A stretch of 64,000 nt of DNA from Chloroflexota bacterium (GTDB lineage: Bacteria > Chloroflexota > Dehalococcoidia > Lucifugimonadales > Lucifugimonadaceae), in contig JAJCYY010000013.1 of the NCBI GenBank assembly GCA_029262735.1, positions 4,108 to 68,107 of the forward strand. The letters run 5' to 3'. Both the position numbers and the translations under genes were made by a program. A model generated the notes under the pieces. The model searched no databases and was not told the origin of the DNA. It saw only the letters and a list, made by a program, of their open reading frames with translations. The first letter of the stretch is position 1, and the number at the start of each line of letters is the position of its first letter. Below, in pieces: positions 8,986 to 18,354 of the stretch.

Positions 8986-10293
8986 GTGAGATCGATGGCC
9001 CACATGATCGAGCAACATTCGGAACCGGACGTAGCCGGTGCCGCTTCGTCAGGAAAGGCACTGGAAGCCAGGAAAACTGTCGTGCGTTTCGGCGGTCACC
9101 GCGTGCTGGGTGGGGTAAGTGTTCGAGTCGTCCCGGGCAAAGTGGTCGGCATCGCCGGTCCGAACGGTAGTGGCAAGACCACGCTGCTTCGCGCAATGGC
9201 CGGCCTCATACGGCTGCACGAAGGCGCGACGCTGATCGGCGGGACAGATATGATCACCATCCCACCGAAGGAGCGCGCCCGTAAAATCGCCTACATGCCG
9301 CAGTCAACGGCCGACCATTCCTTCACGGTCCTTGAGTTTGTTTTGATGGGGCGATATCCACACCTGGGCCGGTTCAGGCTCGAAGGACGCTTGGACGTGG
9401 CACTGGCTGAGGCTGCAATGCGCCGGACTGAAACTCTGGAGTTCGCCGAACGCCGACTCCAGACGCTTTCAGGCGGTGAGAAACAGAGAGTTTCACTTGC
9501 GCGTCTCCTCGTTCAGCAGGCGGATTTCCTGTTGCTCGACGAGCCGACCGCCAGCCTGGACATGCGGCATCAACTGCTGACCATGGCGATGGCGCGTGAA
9601 GAGGCTAGAAGAGGTGCAGGAGTTGCAGTGGTGCTCCACGATCTGTCGTTGGCTGCACGCCATTGTGACCGGTTGGTACTGCTCAATGAAGGTAAAGTCA
9701 ACGGTGAAGGCGATCCGTGGGACGTAGTGACACTGGCAAACCTCAGGAACGTCTTTTCTGTTGATGCGGCTGTGGAACCGGAGCCGATTTCCGGCAAGCC
9801 TTCAGTGTCTGTTATTGGGCTGACGGGTCAGACTGGTGACAGGCGCGACGGTGAGCCTTCCCGCGTTCATATCATCTGTGGGGCCGGTTCCGGCCGAGAC
9901 CTGATGCACCGGCTGGCGCTGGCCGGTCATACGGTTTCTGCATGCGTCCTGGGCCAGGGCGATGCCGATAGCGAGACAGCCGTTCGCCTGAGTATCGAGC
10001 ACATCCCGTCTTCACCGTTTTCTGTAATTTCGCTTGAACAGGACGCGGCCCATCGCAATCTCGTGAGGGAGGCCGACGTCGTCGTGGTGTGTGAGATGGC
10101 CGTCGGACCGGGCAATCTCCGCAACCTGGAGGCGGCTGCTGAGGCGAAACGGCTGATGCTGATAGAGCGGCCAAAGGACAGCCAGTGGGACTACACCGAA
10201 GGGTATGCAGGCAGGGTGTACGACGAGCTTTTGACTCGTGGTGAGGTGGTGCAACGAGAAGACGTGCCGGATGCCGTTCACCGCGTCATTTGA
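8986..10293 (+). CDS. btuD: ABC transporter ATP-binding protein with about 170-aa C-terminal extension of unknown function
   Basis: The product has Walker A (GPNGSGKT), the ABC signature (LSGGEKQRV) and Walker B (LLLDEPT). Residues from about 265 to 435 (VHIICGAGSGRDLMHRLALAGH...VVVVCEMAVGPGNL) form an extra domain. Confidence 0.8.
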   Translation: MRSMAHMIEQHSEPDVAGAASSGKALEARKTVVRFGGHRVLGGVSVRVVPGKVVGIAGPNGSGKTTLLRAMAGLIRLHEGATLIGGTDMITIPPKERARKIAYMPQSTADHSFTVLEFVLMGRYPHLGRFRLEGRLDVALAEAAMRRTETLEFAERRLQTLSGGEKQRVSLARLLVQQADFLLLDEPTASLDMRHQLLTMAMAREEARRGAGVAVVLHDLSLAARHCDRLVLLNEGKVNGEGDPWDVVTLANLRNVFSVDAAVEPEPISGKPSVSVIGLTGQTGDRRDGEPSRVHIICGAGSGRDLMHRLALAGHTVSACVLGQGDADSETAVRLSIEHIPSSPFSVISLEQDAAHRNLVREADVVVVCEMAVGPGNLRNLEAAAEAKRLMLIERPKDSQWDYTEGYAGRVYDELLTRGEVVQREDVPDAVHRVI

Positions 10294-10876
10294 TTCGAAT
10301 CTCGATACCCGCAACCATGAGGTGCACCTCGTCACAGACCGCAGCGACGCGCTGGTTCACGATTCCCTGCAGGTCAGCGAAGACGTTGCCCAGGCGTGTG
10401 GGCGGCGCAACACCGGTGCCGACATCATTGGCTATCAAGACGACGTGTCTTCTGGCTCCTTCAACGGCGGTTGCCAGATCGTCCAGGGCAGGCATAACTT
10501 CTCCCTCCGCCATTGCATAAAAGCCGGGCGAATCCGAATCGCCGCACCTGGCAAGTAAATTTGAGATCCAGACTGTCAGGCAGTCGACAATGACGACCGG
10601 TTCAGGCCCCGGATGGGCCAGGATCTCGGCCAGGACTCCCGGCAAGTTGACAGGCTCTTCAACTGTCTCCCATTCCGCCGGTCGTTCGGACTGATGGCGG
10701 GTTATCCGCTGCTTCATCCCGGTGTCTGCGTCGCGCGAATCCGCAGTGGCGACAAACAGCACGGGCTTGCCGGCAGCCAGTGACCTCGCGTGCTCGGCGG
10801 CATACCGGCTCTTGCCGGACCGCACTCCGCCCAGCACAAAAACGCGGTGTAGAGCTGACTTCGGCTCGTCTTTCAC
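10286..10876 (-). CDS. cobU: adenosylcobinamide kinase / adenosylcobinamide-phosphate guanylyltransferase
   Basis: The product has a HRVFVLGGVRSGKS P-loop and a CobU/CobP-like overall sequence. It overlaps cobS by 4 nt. Confidence 0.85.
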   Translation of the reverse strand: MKDEPKSALHRVFVLGGVRSGKSRYAAEHARSLAAGKPVLFVATADSRDADTGMKQRITRHQSERPAEWETVEEPVNLPGVLAEILAHPGPEPVVIVDCLTVWISNLLARCGDSDSPGFYAMAEGEVMPALDDLATAVEGARRHVVLIANDVGTGVAPPTRLGNVFADLQGIVNQRVAAVCDEVHLMVAGIEIRIK

Positions 10877-11652
10877 CAGATAGCTCCAATATCGAATCCG
10901 GCCTCGATGAGTGCCAGCAAGGTCAGCAATGCGGACAACTCCGAAAGCTCTACAACAGCTCCGTAGATATCACCCGTCACCCCACCGATCGCCCGCCGAG
11001 CATACATCGCAATAAGTGCTCCGATCACAAATGCCACGGCAGCCGCAATTAGCGACGCCGGGTTGCCGAAGACAGCCGTCAGGGCAAGCGCGGTCACGAC
11101 TGCGGTCATCACGGCAAGGCGGGAACTATTCGAGTAGACGGCTCCTATGCCCTGGGCGCGCACATACGGGAACAGGGCGACAACTGCCGACACGGCTCCT
11201 CGGGACAGGACGGCTGCGACCACGAGAACTGACCAGTTTGACGCGGGGTCGAGCTCTGAGACAACTGCCCACCTGACGAGCAAGGCAAGGACTATGGCAG
11301 CGACGCCAAACGCGCCGGTCCGCGGGTCTGCCATAATCTCGAGCTTTCGCTCCCTGGTGCGACCGCCGAGCAGGCCGTCAAAGGAGTCTCCGAGCCCGTC
11401 GATATGTAGCGCTCCTGTGAGAACTACTGGCGTAGTAACCGCCAGCGCCGCGGCCACGGCTACCGGGAATGCCTCTGCTGCTGCGACGAACACACCTGCT
11501 GATGCCAGGCCGATGAGCACTCCGACCAGCGGAAAAAAGGCGAGTGAGTTGGCAAGTGCCCGTTCACGCCCTTCGTCTGATTGGCGCGCTCCGACCGGCA
11601 GAACCGTAAGAAGCCGAAATGCGGCCCAGAATGCGGCCAGTGTTGAGTTCAA
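10873..11652 (-). CDS. cobS: adenosylcobinamide-GDP ribazoletransferase (cobalamin synthase)
   Basis: The product is a 259-aa polytopic membrane protein typical of CobS (AFRLLTVLPVG...). It is flanked by cobU and cobT with 4-nt overlaps. Confidence 0.8.
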   Translation of the reverse strand: MNSTLAAFWAAFRLLTVLPVGARQSDEGRERALANSLAFFPLVGVLIGLASAGVFVAAAEAFPVAVAAALAVTTPVVLTGALHIDGLGDSFDGLLGGRTRERKLEIMADPRTGAFGVAAIVLALLVRWAVVSELDPASNWSVLVVAAVLSRGAVSAVVALFPYVRAQGIGAVYSNSSRLAVMTAVVTALALTAVFGNPASLIAAAVAFVIGALIAMYARRAIGGVTGDIYGAVVELSELSALLTLLALIEAGFDIGAIW

Positions 11653-12713
11653 GAGCCTTCGCCATCGGTATCTTGTGCCGGCCCACTCACACTCGCCTCT
11701 TCGAACGTTGCCATCCCATTGTGCAGCGCGAGTGCTGCATCTACGACCGCAAGCGCAAGCGCTGCGCCGGTTCCCTCACCGAGCCTCATGCCGAGGTCAA
11801 GAAGCGGCTCCAGACCCAGGTGAGCCAGTGCAATGCTGTGTCCTGGCTCAACCGAACTATGTCCTGCGATCATGAACTGCACTACCTGCCGATCCAGGTT
11901 TGCAGCAATCAATGCGGCGGAAGTAGAGATGTAGCCGTCGAGCACGACCACCCCCCGTTCAGACGCCGTCCCGATCATCAATCCTGCCAGGAAGCCGATC
12001 TCGAACCCACCGATGCTGGCCAGTACGTCCATGCCGTCTTTCGCTGTGGGCTGGTTCACCTGGATGGCTCGCTCGATGGCCGCGATCTTCAGATTGAGCG
12101 AGGCTTCGTCCACTCCGGTCCCGCGCCCTGTGACCTTGCGTGGCTGCGCTCCGGTGACCATGGCGGTGATCGCGGCCGCGGCGGTCGTGTTGCCAATCCC
12201 CATTTCTCCGGGAACCACCACTGCCCTGCCGTCTCGAGTCAGCGATGCACCCAACGTGGCGCCTGTTTCGACGATGGCTTCTGCCTGTTCCTGGCTCATG
12301 GCTGGACCCTGAGTGAAGTTCGCCGTGCCCTTCGCTGGTCCGACGCGCCTGATCCTGTCATCGGCTGGCAACTCTGATGCGACGCCAGCGTCCACGATGA
12401 CAACTTCCATACCGGCCACACCGGCGAGGACGTTGATCGCGGCGCCACCGGCCAGGAAGTTCGCCATCATCTGCCCGGTAACCGATTGCGGATAGGCGCT
12501 CACACCTTCTTCGGCCACTCCGTGGTCGGCGGCGGCGATAACGGCATATCGCCTGTCGAATCCTGGCCGGGTTGAACCCTGGATACCTGACACCTGTACT
12601 GCGATATCTTCAAGCCGTCCGAGGCTTCCCTGTGGCTTCGTCAACTTGTCTTGCCGGGCTCTTGCGGCGTCAAACACAGCCCGGTCGATACCTGGGATCA
12701 CGGGCAGTTTCAT
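11649..12713 (-). CDS. cobT: nicotinate-nucleotide--dimethylbenzimidazole phosphoribosyltransferase
   Basis: The product carries the KPQGSLGRLEDIAVQ and GEMGIGNTT motifs typical of CobT. Confidence 0.85.
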   Translation of the reverse strand: MKLPVIPGIDRAVFDAARARQDKLTKPQGSLGRLEDIAVQVSGIQGSTRPGFDRRYAVIAAADHGVAEEGVSAYPQSVTGQMMANFLAGGAAINVLAGVAGMEVVIVDAGVASELPADDRIRRVGPAKGTANFTQGPAMSQEQAEAIVETGATLGASLTRDGRAVVVPGEMGIGNTTAAAAITAMVTGAQPRKVTGRGTGVDEASLNLKIAAIERAIQVNQPTAKDGMDVLASIGGFEIGFLAGLMIGTASERGVVVLDGYISTSAALIAANLDRQVVQFMIAGHSSVEPGHSIALAHLGLEPLLDLGMRLGEGTGAALALAVVDAALALHNGMATFEEASVSGPAQDTDGEGS

Positions 12714-12898
12714 CTGGGTCTCATGCCTTTGGGACAGATAATCGTGGTGGGGATAGCGGGTTTGATCTCACATTTTTCGCGAAACGTGATGTTATGCCAT
12801 GTCAGAGTGAATGGTAGAACCGCTTTCCGGTCCGTCGATATCACAGCAGTCCTGCCGACGCCGAAACCTACCCCGCAAGATTCGTTCGCCAACCGGCC

Positions 12899-15800
12899 TC
12901 AACCCCAGTCTTTTGTTTGCAGGATCGGCGTCTCAGACCCGATAGGCACGATGTCTTCCACCACTATGTTCAGCGTTCCTTCGCGTTTGGAGACGGTTCC
13001 TGTAGCCATCAGAAGCTGCGAAACGGTATTCAAGCGTACTCGCTTGTAGACATCCGGCCATATCACAAGCGGGTTGTGCCCGAACTCATCCTCAAGGGTT
13101 ATGAAGGTGGCTTTGCCTGAAGGTCGCTGGCGGCGAATGACAAGTCCGGCGACAGTGATGCGACTGCCCTCCTCGTAGTTCTGGACCTTATCGCTCCTGG
13201 CAACGTTCGCCGGGAGCGACGGCCTGAGACGCGCCATGATGTGGCTTTCCGGGTGCACGCCCATTGCCGCGTACTCGCCCATCATCTGCTCCCACTTCGT
13301 CTCATCAGGCAACGGGACCATGTTCTGATCTTCAGAGAAAGGAAGCACGTGCTGGCTGTTTACCGGTCGATAACGCAGGCCCGCCTCCCAGATCAACGCA
13401 CGCCTGTCTGGCATATCCTCGGCCTGCGCCACGTCATGCGTATTCGCCGATTCCGGAGTGGGATGTTGCCGCTGCTTTTCGTGTGACTCAAAACCCTGAT
13501 CAACGGCAACGGAACTGGAACTTCCAAATCGATCGAACGCTCCTGCTGATGCCATGCCGTCCAGGACCTTCTGCTGTACGCCTGTCCGACGAATGAAGTC
13601 AGCCAGCGATTCGAATTTTCCGAAACGCTCCCTGGTCGCCAGAACGACCTCAGCATTCGGCCTGGTCATTCCATGAACATGTCGGAGGCCCATCCGCATG
13701 ACGCCGTTCTCTATCGAGGCCCACTCTTCACTCAGGTTCGCATCAGGCGGTAGCACTTCTATGGCGTGTCGTTTCGCGTCCTCTTTCAGCGTCTCGAGGT
13801 TGTAGAAGCCCATCGGCTGGTTGTTGAAGATGGCTACGAAGAACTCCAGCGGATAGTGATGTTTGAGCCATGACATCTGGTACGCGGTGATGCCGAAGGC
13901 GTATGCGTGCGCTTCAGGAAACTGGTAAAGCCCGTGGAACTTTCCGAAGATCTTCTCCGCAGCGTCTTGCGGCACTCCTCTGCTGACGGCCCGCTGAATG
14001 AAATCATCCTTCCACTTTGCAACCAGCCGAATGCTGTTGCGGTGTGAGAAGGCGCGCCGCATCCGGTCGCCTTCCAGTGGAGTCATCCCTGCAACATGGA
14101 CCGCAAGCTCTGCAAGCTGGTCCTGGAAGAGCGGAACACCGAGAGTTCGCTCGAGGGCCTCCTTTTCGAAGGGATGGTCATAGACCACTGGCTCCTGGCC
14201 AAGGTGACGGCGTATCAGCATCGAGACGCCGTCGTTTACACCGACGCCCGGCCTGACCGCGCCAACTTCCCATGCCATCTCTTCCAGGTTTTTCGGCTTC
14301 AGCCTGACAACCGTTTGCATCTGGGCAGCCGATTCGATCTGGAAGATGCCAATGGTGTCCGCCCTGTGGATATCCCCGTACACCTCCATGTCCTTGAAGT
14401 TGATCCGTGACAGATCGACCGGACGCTCCCTGTTCCGACGAATCAGTTGCAGTGCCTCAACCATCTGCGAAAGAGCGCCCAACGCAAGGAAGTCGATCTT
14501 CACAAGACCTGCGTCTTCTGATCCGTTCTTCTCCCACTGGATGATGTAACGGCCTTCCATGGCGCTGTTCTGCATCGGCACCACTTCATCCAGCGGCACC
14601 GCGCTCAGGACCATGCCACCCGGGTGCTGCGCCAGGTATTTTGGAAAATTCCTCAGCTGGAGTGAAAGCTCAATCAGGTACTGCCAGACCGGCGCGTCGA
14701 GACGGTGACGGTAGTCCGAGAGCTGCCCCATCTCGCGCGCTATGTCCCTGATCCCGGCGTGGCCGTCCATCTTCTTGATCAGCTTGCCCAGGTCTTCTTC
14801 GGGCAGGTTCAGCGCTTTGCCAAGGTCCCTGATGGCGCCACGCACCTTGTACGTGGAGATCATCCCAGTGAGAGCGGCGAACTTCGGCCCTTTACGATTG
14901 TGGACTCGCAGGATCAGCTCCTCGCGGATCTCCCTGGGGAAGTCGAGATCGATATCCAGCGCGGGCAAATCTTCAGGATTAGCATCTTCTGGCAGGAACC
15001 GGTCCAGCCTGAGGCTGAACTGAAGCGGATCGATGTGAGAGAGGCCGATCAGGTACCCGATGACGAGCGATACGGACGAGCCGCGCCCCCTGCCCGGAGG
15101 GTGATCTTCTATCCTGGTGTCCGACGAGACGATTCCCAGGTCTATCTGGACCTGGTGGGCGATCTTGATAATGTCGTGGTACTGGAGCAGGAAGCCAGCC
15201 AGGTTGTACTTCTCAATCAGGTGGAACTCTCTATCCAGGCGCTCATGCAGCCGTTGCCAGGTGTCCCTGTCGACGTTTTCGTATTTGTAGGTCGCCGCCC
15301 TTTCGCAGATTTCGCGTAGCCATGTGAGTGGCGTGTAGCCTTCAGGCGCGTCGTAGTCCGGGAACTTGTAGATCTTCTTGATGTCGCGCGCCAGGTCAAA
15401 GCTGCAACGCTCTGCAATCAGAATGGAATTGGAGATCGCCTCCGGGTGTTCCCTGTGCAGATAGGACATCTCTTCGGGAGATTTCAGATGGAACTGGTCA
15501 TTGGGACGCCGTTCGCGATGTGTCTCCTCAAGTGACTTGTTGTGCTGAATCGAGACCAGCGCATCGTTGAGCCGGTGACGGTCCCGGGAGTTGTAGTGGA
15601 CGTTGTTGGTTGCGACGGTTCCAATGCCGAGTTCATCGGCTAATCGCACCAGTTGGCGATTGCGTTCCGTATCGCCACGAACAAGATTTTGCTGCAATTC
15701 GAGAAAGAAGCTTTGCTTCCCAAACCACTGGATGTACTGCTCGGCCACCTTCTTTGCTTCGCACTGCTCGCCCAAAAGCAACAGCTCAGATATCTGCCCG

Positions 15801-16438
15801 CGGCGGCATCCTGAAAGGCAGATCACGCCTTCTGAGAAAGTGGCAAAGTACGCCGGGTCAAGTGCGGGCTGGTTCCGCTCTTCAGGGTCCATGTGAGCGT
15901 GAGTGATCAGCTTGCAGATGTTGCTGTACCCGGTTGCTGTCTCGGCCAGGAGTGTGAGGTGATGGCCGCCGAGACCGCTGCCAGAATCTCCAGAACTCTG
16001 GCTGCTGAGAGTGACCTCAACGCCGATGACGGCCTTTATGCCGATCTCTTTCGCCATCTGCGAGAACTCCATCGCCCCGCAAAGGTTGTCGTGGTCGGTG
16101 ATAGCCAATGCATGAATGCCCAGCTTCTTCGCACGCACCAGCAGGTCCCACGCCTCGGAAGCGCCTTCCTTGAAGGAGTAGTTGGTGTGGCAGTGGAGTT
16201 CCGCGTATGGCGTTTCCGGAGGCTCTGACCGTTCTGGAAAATCTTCGCCCTCAGTATCTGAGTAACGAACAAGGCTTCGGCCGCCGCTTATCCAGCCGTC
16301 GTAGACCTTGTTCTCCCAGTTCGGACGCTTATATTCGTTCCTGTTGTCCTCGATCTTGCGTTTGGCAGGCGACGTCCTGTCTCCGCCGGGAGACCCGTTC
16401 ACATGATTTGCGCGCGGCAGCCCGTGCATCTCCTCCAT
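12899..16438 (-). CDS. dnaE2: error-prone DNA polymerase III alpha subunit DnaE2
   Basis: The product has a PHP domain (YAELHCHTNYSF) and a Pol III alpha core; its size and N-terminal extension are typical of DnaE2. The start was chosen at MEEMHG, whose ATG overlaps the TGA of the upstream small ORF (TGATG). The six-frame track starts it at 16459. Confidence 0.85.
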   Translation of the reverse strand: MEEMHGLPRANHVNGSPGGDRTSPAKRKIEDNRNEYKRPNWENKVYDGWISGGRSLVRYSDTEGEDFPERSEPPETPYAELHCHTNYSFKEGASEAWDLLVRAKKLGIHALAITDHDNLCGAMEFSQMAKEIGIKAVIGVEVTLSSQSSGDSGSGLGGHHLTLLAETATGYSNICKLITHAHMDPEERNQPALDPAYFATFSEGVICLSGCRRGQISELLLLGEQCEAKKVAEQYIQWFGKQSFFLELQQNLVRGDTERNRQLVRLADELGIGTVATNNVHYNSRDRHRLNDALVSIQHNKSLEETHRERRPNDQFHLKSPEEMSYLHREHPEAISNSILIAERCSFDLARDIKKIYKFPDYDAPEGYTPLTWLREICERAATYKYENVDRDTWQRLHERLDREFHLIEKYNLAGFLLQYHDIIKIAHQVQIDLGIVSSDTRIEDHPPGRGRGSSVSLVIGYLIGLSHIDPLQFSLRLDRFLPEDANPEDLPALDIDLDFPREIREELILRVHNRKGPKFAALTGMISTYKVRGAIRDLGKALNLPEEDLGKLIKKMDGHAGIRDIAREMGQLSDYRHRLDAPVWQYLIELSLQLRNFPKYLAQHPGGMVLSAVPLDEVVPMQNSAMEGRYIIQWEKNGSEDAGLVKIDFLALGALSQMVEALQLIRRNRERPVDLSRINFKDMEVYGDIHRADTIGIFQIESAAQMQTVVRLKPKNLEEMAWEVGAVRPGVGVNDGVSMLIRRHLGQEPVVYDHPFEKEALERTLGVPLFQDQLAELAVHVAGMTPLEGDRMRRAFSHRNSIRLVAKWKDDFIQRAVSRGVPQDAAEKIFGKFHGLYQFPEAHAYAFGITAYQMSWLKHHYPLEFFVAIFNNQPMGFYNLETLKEDAKRHAIEVLPPDANLSEEWASIENGVMRMGLRHVHGMTRPNAEVVLATRERFGKFESLADFIRRTGVQQKVLDGMASAGAFDRFGSSSSVAVDQGFESHEKQRQHPTPESANTHDVAQAEDMPDRRALIWEAGLRYRPVNSQHVLPFSEDQNMVPLPDETKWEQMMGEYAAMGVHPESHIMARLRPSLPANVARSDKVQNYEEGSRITVAGLVIRRQRPSGKATFITLEDEFGHNPLVIWPDVYKRVRLNTVSQLLMATGTVSKREGTLNIVVEDIVPIGSETPILQTKDWG

Positions 16439-16797
16439 CAATCCGCCTGCCTGAACCACTCGTCATTGACAAGATCGTGGAACACAGTCAGGCGCTGACT
16501 GCTCTGCAACACAAGGTCGAAGTAGACCCTTTCGATCTCCTGCTCTTCGCCTCGCCACCACTCATCGTTGATCTTCCAGAAATCCTCGATCGAAACCACA
16601 TCCATCCACTGTCCGTCGCTGCGTATCGCCTCCAGCTTCTGGGCGGGACGAAGCTGCCTTCGCTGCCGTCTCCGATGCGGCGCGCCAGTCTGTTTCATGG
16701 CTCCGATCTGCACGCGCTCCGGCATCCCTGTCGGGCCAGTCTCCACCTGCACCGGCTGCGGAGCGTTCAACTGCTGGATTGTGCGAACCGTTGTCAC
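16438..16797 (-). CDS. small protein between imuB and dnaE2 (possible split-off ImuB C-terminal region)
   Basis: The 119-aa ORF has its own strong RBS (GAGGAG, 7 nt, GTG) and starts 20 nt after the imuB stop. Its stop overlaps the dnaE2 start. imuB itself (420 aa) is about 100 aa shorter than typical ImuB. Confidence 0.5.
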   Translation of the reverse strand: MTTVRTIQQLNAPQPVQVETGPTGMPERVQIGAMKQTGAPHRRRQRRQLRPAQKLEAIRSDGQWMDVVSIEDFWKINDEWWRGEEQEIERVYFDLVLQSSQRLTVFHDLVNDEWFRQAD

Positions 16798-16817
16798 CAG
16801 GATCTCCTCAATAGCCC

Positions 16818-18080
16818 TTAGTGGCTCAGTTGAACCAGCGCGTGCCGGCGTTCAGGTATGCGAGACCACGGCTCAAGTTCCTTTACCTGGTAGATGGGAG
16901 GCGCCAGCCTTAGCCTGGCCGCCAGCTGCGCAACGGCCTGTTGCAGGTTGTCCTCGCGCTGGACCTCCTTCCACATCGACTCCTGCCGCCACGGTTCTGA
17001 GCTCAGGTCGGCAAGTGTCAATCGGAGGTCTTCGAGGGCTCCCGGAAACTCGACTCCATCGAGCTTTGTCTTGATCCCGAACATGGCATGATTCTTCGCC
17101 CCGACAGGCTCTTTGAACGCTACCTCCATGACCCACGGCGGCTTGCGAAAGACCTGCGCCTGCAGACGTGCCTTGCGGGCGTAACGGCGCGTCATTTGAG
17201 ATTTCGTGAATGCCTTGCCAAGCAAACTTTCGATAGCGGAAACGATGGTCGCAATGCTGACGGTAGGATCGGGAAAGGCCAGGTACTCGGAGACCGATTC
17301 GATCAGTTTACGCGGGACCAGGGGCTGCTCGTCTATGCCGTTCGCAAGCCTCCATATCAGCCGTCCGGCCAGGCCGAACTGTGCCTCTACCGGACCCTGC
17401 CGGAGCTTTGCCAGGTCAGCCAGTGTGCGGAGCCCGAACCTGTAAAGCCTCTCGATGATCTTGAATGGCACAGGCAGAAGCTCTATCGAGAATCCGCCGA
17501 CGAACCGCGCCGGGTCACCTTTCACCATCTGTGCGGTATGCGGGCTGCTCAGAAGAGACGCCAGGTACGCCTGCCATTTGTTCTCACCAATGCCTATGCG
17601 CAGGTCAAAACTACCAGCGGTTTCAGCCAGTAGCCGGATCACTTCACCGGCCGTTCCGTAAAGCCGGTCTAGCCCGCTAAAGTCGATATACGCCACTCCC
17701 GGCCCGGCGTCCTCGACAGCCGGAATGAGCTGCTCGAACTCAATGAGCAGGCTCTCAAATCCAGAGACATAAAGAGGCAGGTCTCCCTGGATCAATAGAG
17801 CATTGCTGTGACGCGACAGGGCGATCCTCAGCGGCATTCCTACTGTCACGTCTGTGATCCCGGCTGAGAAGTCGAGAACGACCGGCTCAGAGAGGCTCAG
17901 GTCTTTGCGAGTGTTTATGCCGTTGCCGAAACTCGTCTGCGGAAGGTCCAGCGCCGAGCACGTCACAAGCACCGGCCGGTCCCCATCAAGAGACGGCTGT
18001 CTGCCAACTTCAACCTGCCAGCAGAAGTTAGGCACACGAACGCATGCCACCTGGCGTTTTTTTTGCTCTGGCCGTTGCAC
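16818..18080 (-). CDS. imuB: ImuB-like Y-family DNA polymerase (catalytically inactive DinB paralogue)
   Basis: The product shows Y-family IMS-domain similarity (VACVRVPNF..., palm/fingers layout). It lies immediately upstream of dnaE2 and downstream of a LexA box. Confidence 0.75.
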   Translation of the reverse strand: MQRPEQKKRQVACVRVPNFCWQVEVGRQPSLDGDRPVLVTCSALDLPQTSFGNGINTRKDLSLSEPVVLDFSAGITDVTVGMPLRIALSRHSNALLIQGDLPLYVSGFESLLIEFEQLIPAVEDAGPGVAYIDFSGLDRLYGTAGEVIRLLAETAGSFDLRIGIGENKWQAYLASLLSSPHTAQMVKGDPARFVGGFSIELLPVPFKIIERLYRFGLRTLADLAKLRQGPVEAQFGLAGRLIWRLANGIDEQPLVPRKLIESVSEYLAFPDPTVSIATIVSAIESLLGKAFTKSQMTRRYARKARLQAQVFRKPPWVMEVAFKEPVGAKNHAMFGIKTKLDGVEFPGALEDLRLTLADLSSEPWRQESMWKEVQREDNLQQAVAQLAARLRLAPPIYQVKELEPWSRIPERRHALVQLSH

Positions 18081-18183
18081 AGCTAAGGGCGCGTTCCGAA
18101 GGAGTGATCAGGTTGCAGCGATAGAGCCTTAGTAGCCAACGAGATGCTCCGAATACGGGTAATATTCATGGGTTACTGATAAT

Positions 18184-18197
18184 AGAACATGTGTTCT
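18184..18197. promoter_or_regulatory. LexA/SOS box (Cheo-type GAAC-N4-GTTC)
   Basis: The perfect palindrome AGAACATGTGTTCT lies about 105 bp upstream of the imuB start. Confidence 0.7.
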
Positions 18198-18354
18198 GTT
18201 TGTCAATGCGAGAAAGGGTCAATTAGGCGGTCTATTGAGCGACATCCGCCTGGCGAGGAATCTCTCAGGTGTAAGGCACTGTGAGGAGTTGACTCTCGCC
18301 CACAGTTTCTATGTGCCGGGCGGGTGGGTGCAGACGCGATAGCCGAATCCGCCG

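Noticed and set aside
12714-12898. Possible second cobalamin riboswitch upstream of cobT (minus strand)
   Set aside because: I reverse-complemented the 185-nt gap and looked for a B12 box (AGYCMGGAAGACCKGCC) and GCCACTG elements. Neither is present, and only weak partial resemblance was seen. The gap may hold a promoter only, or cobT may be read through from dnaE2.
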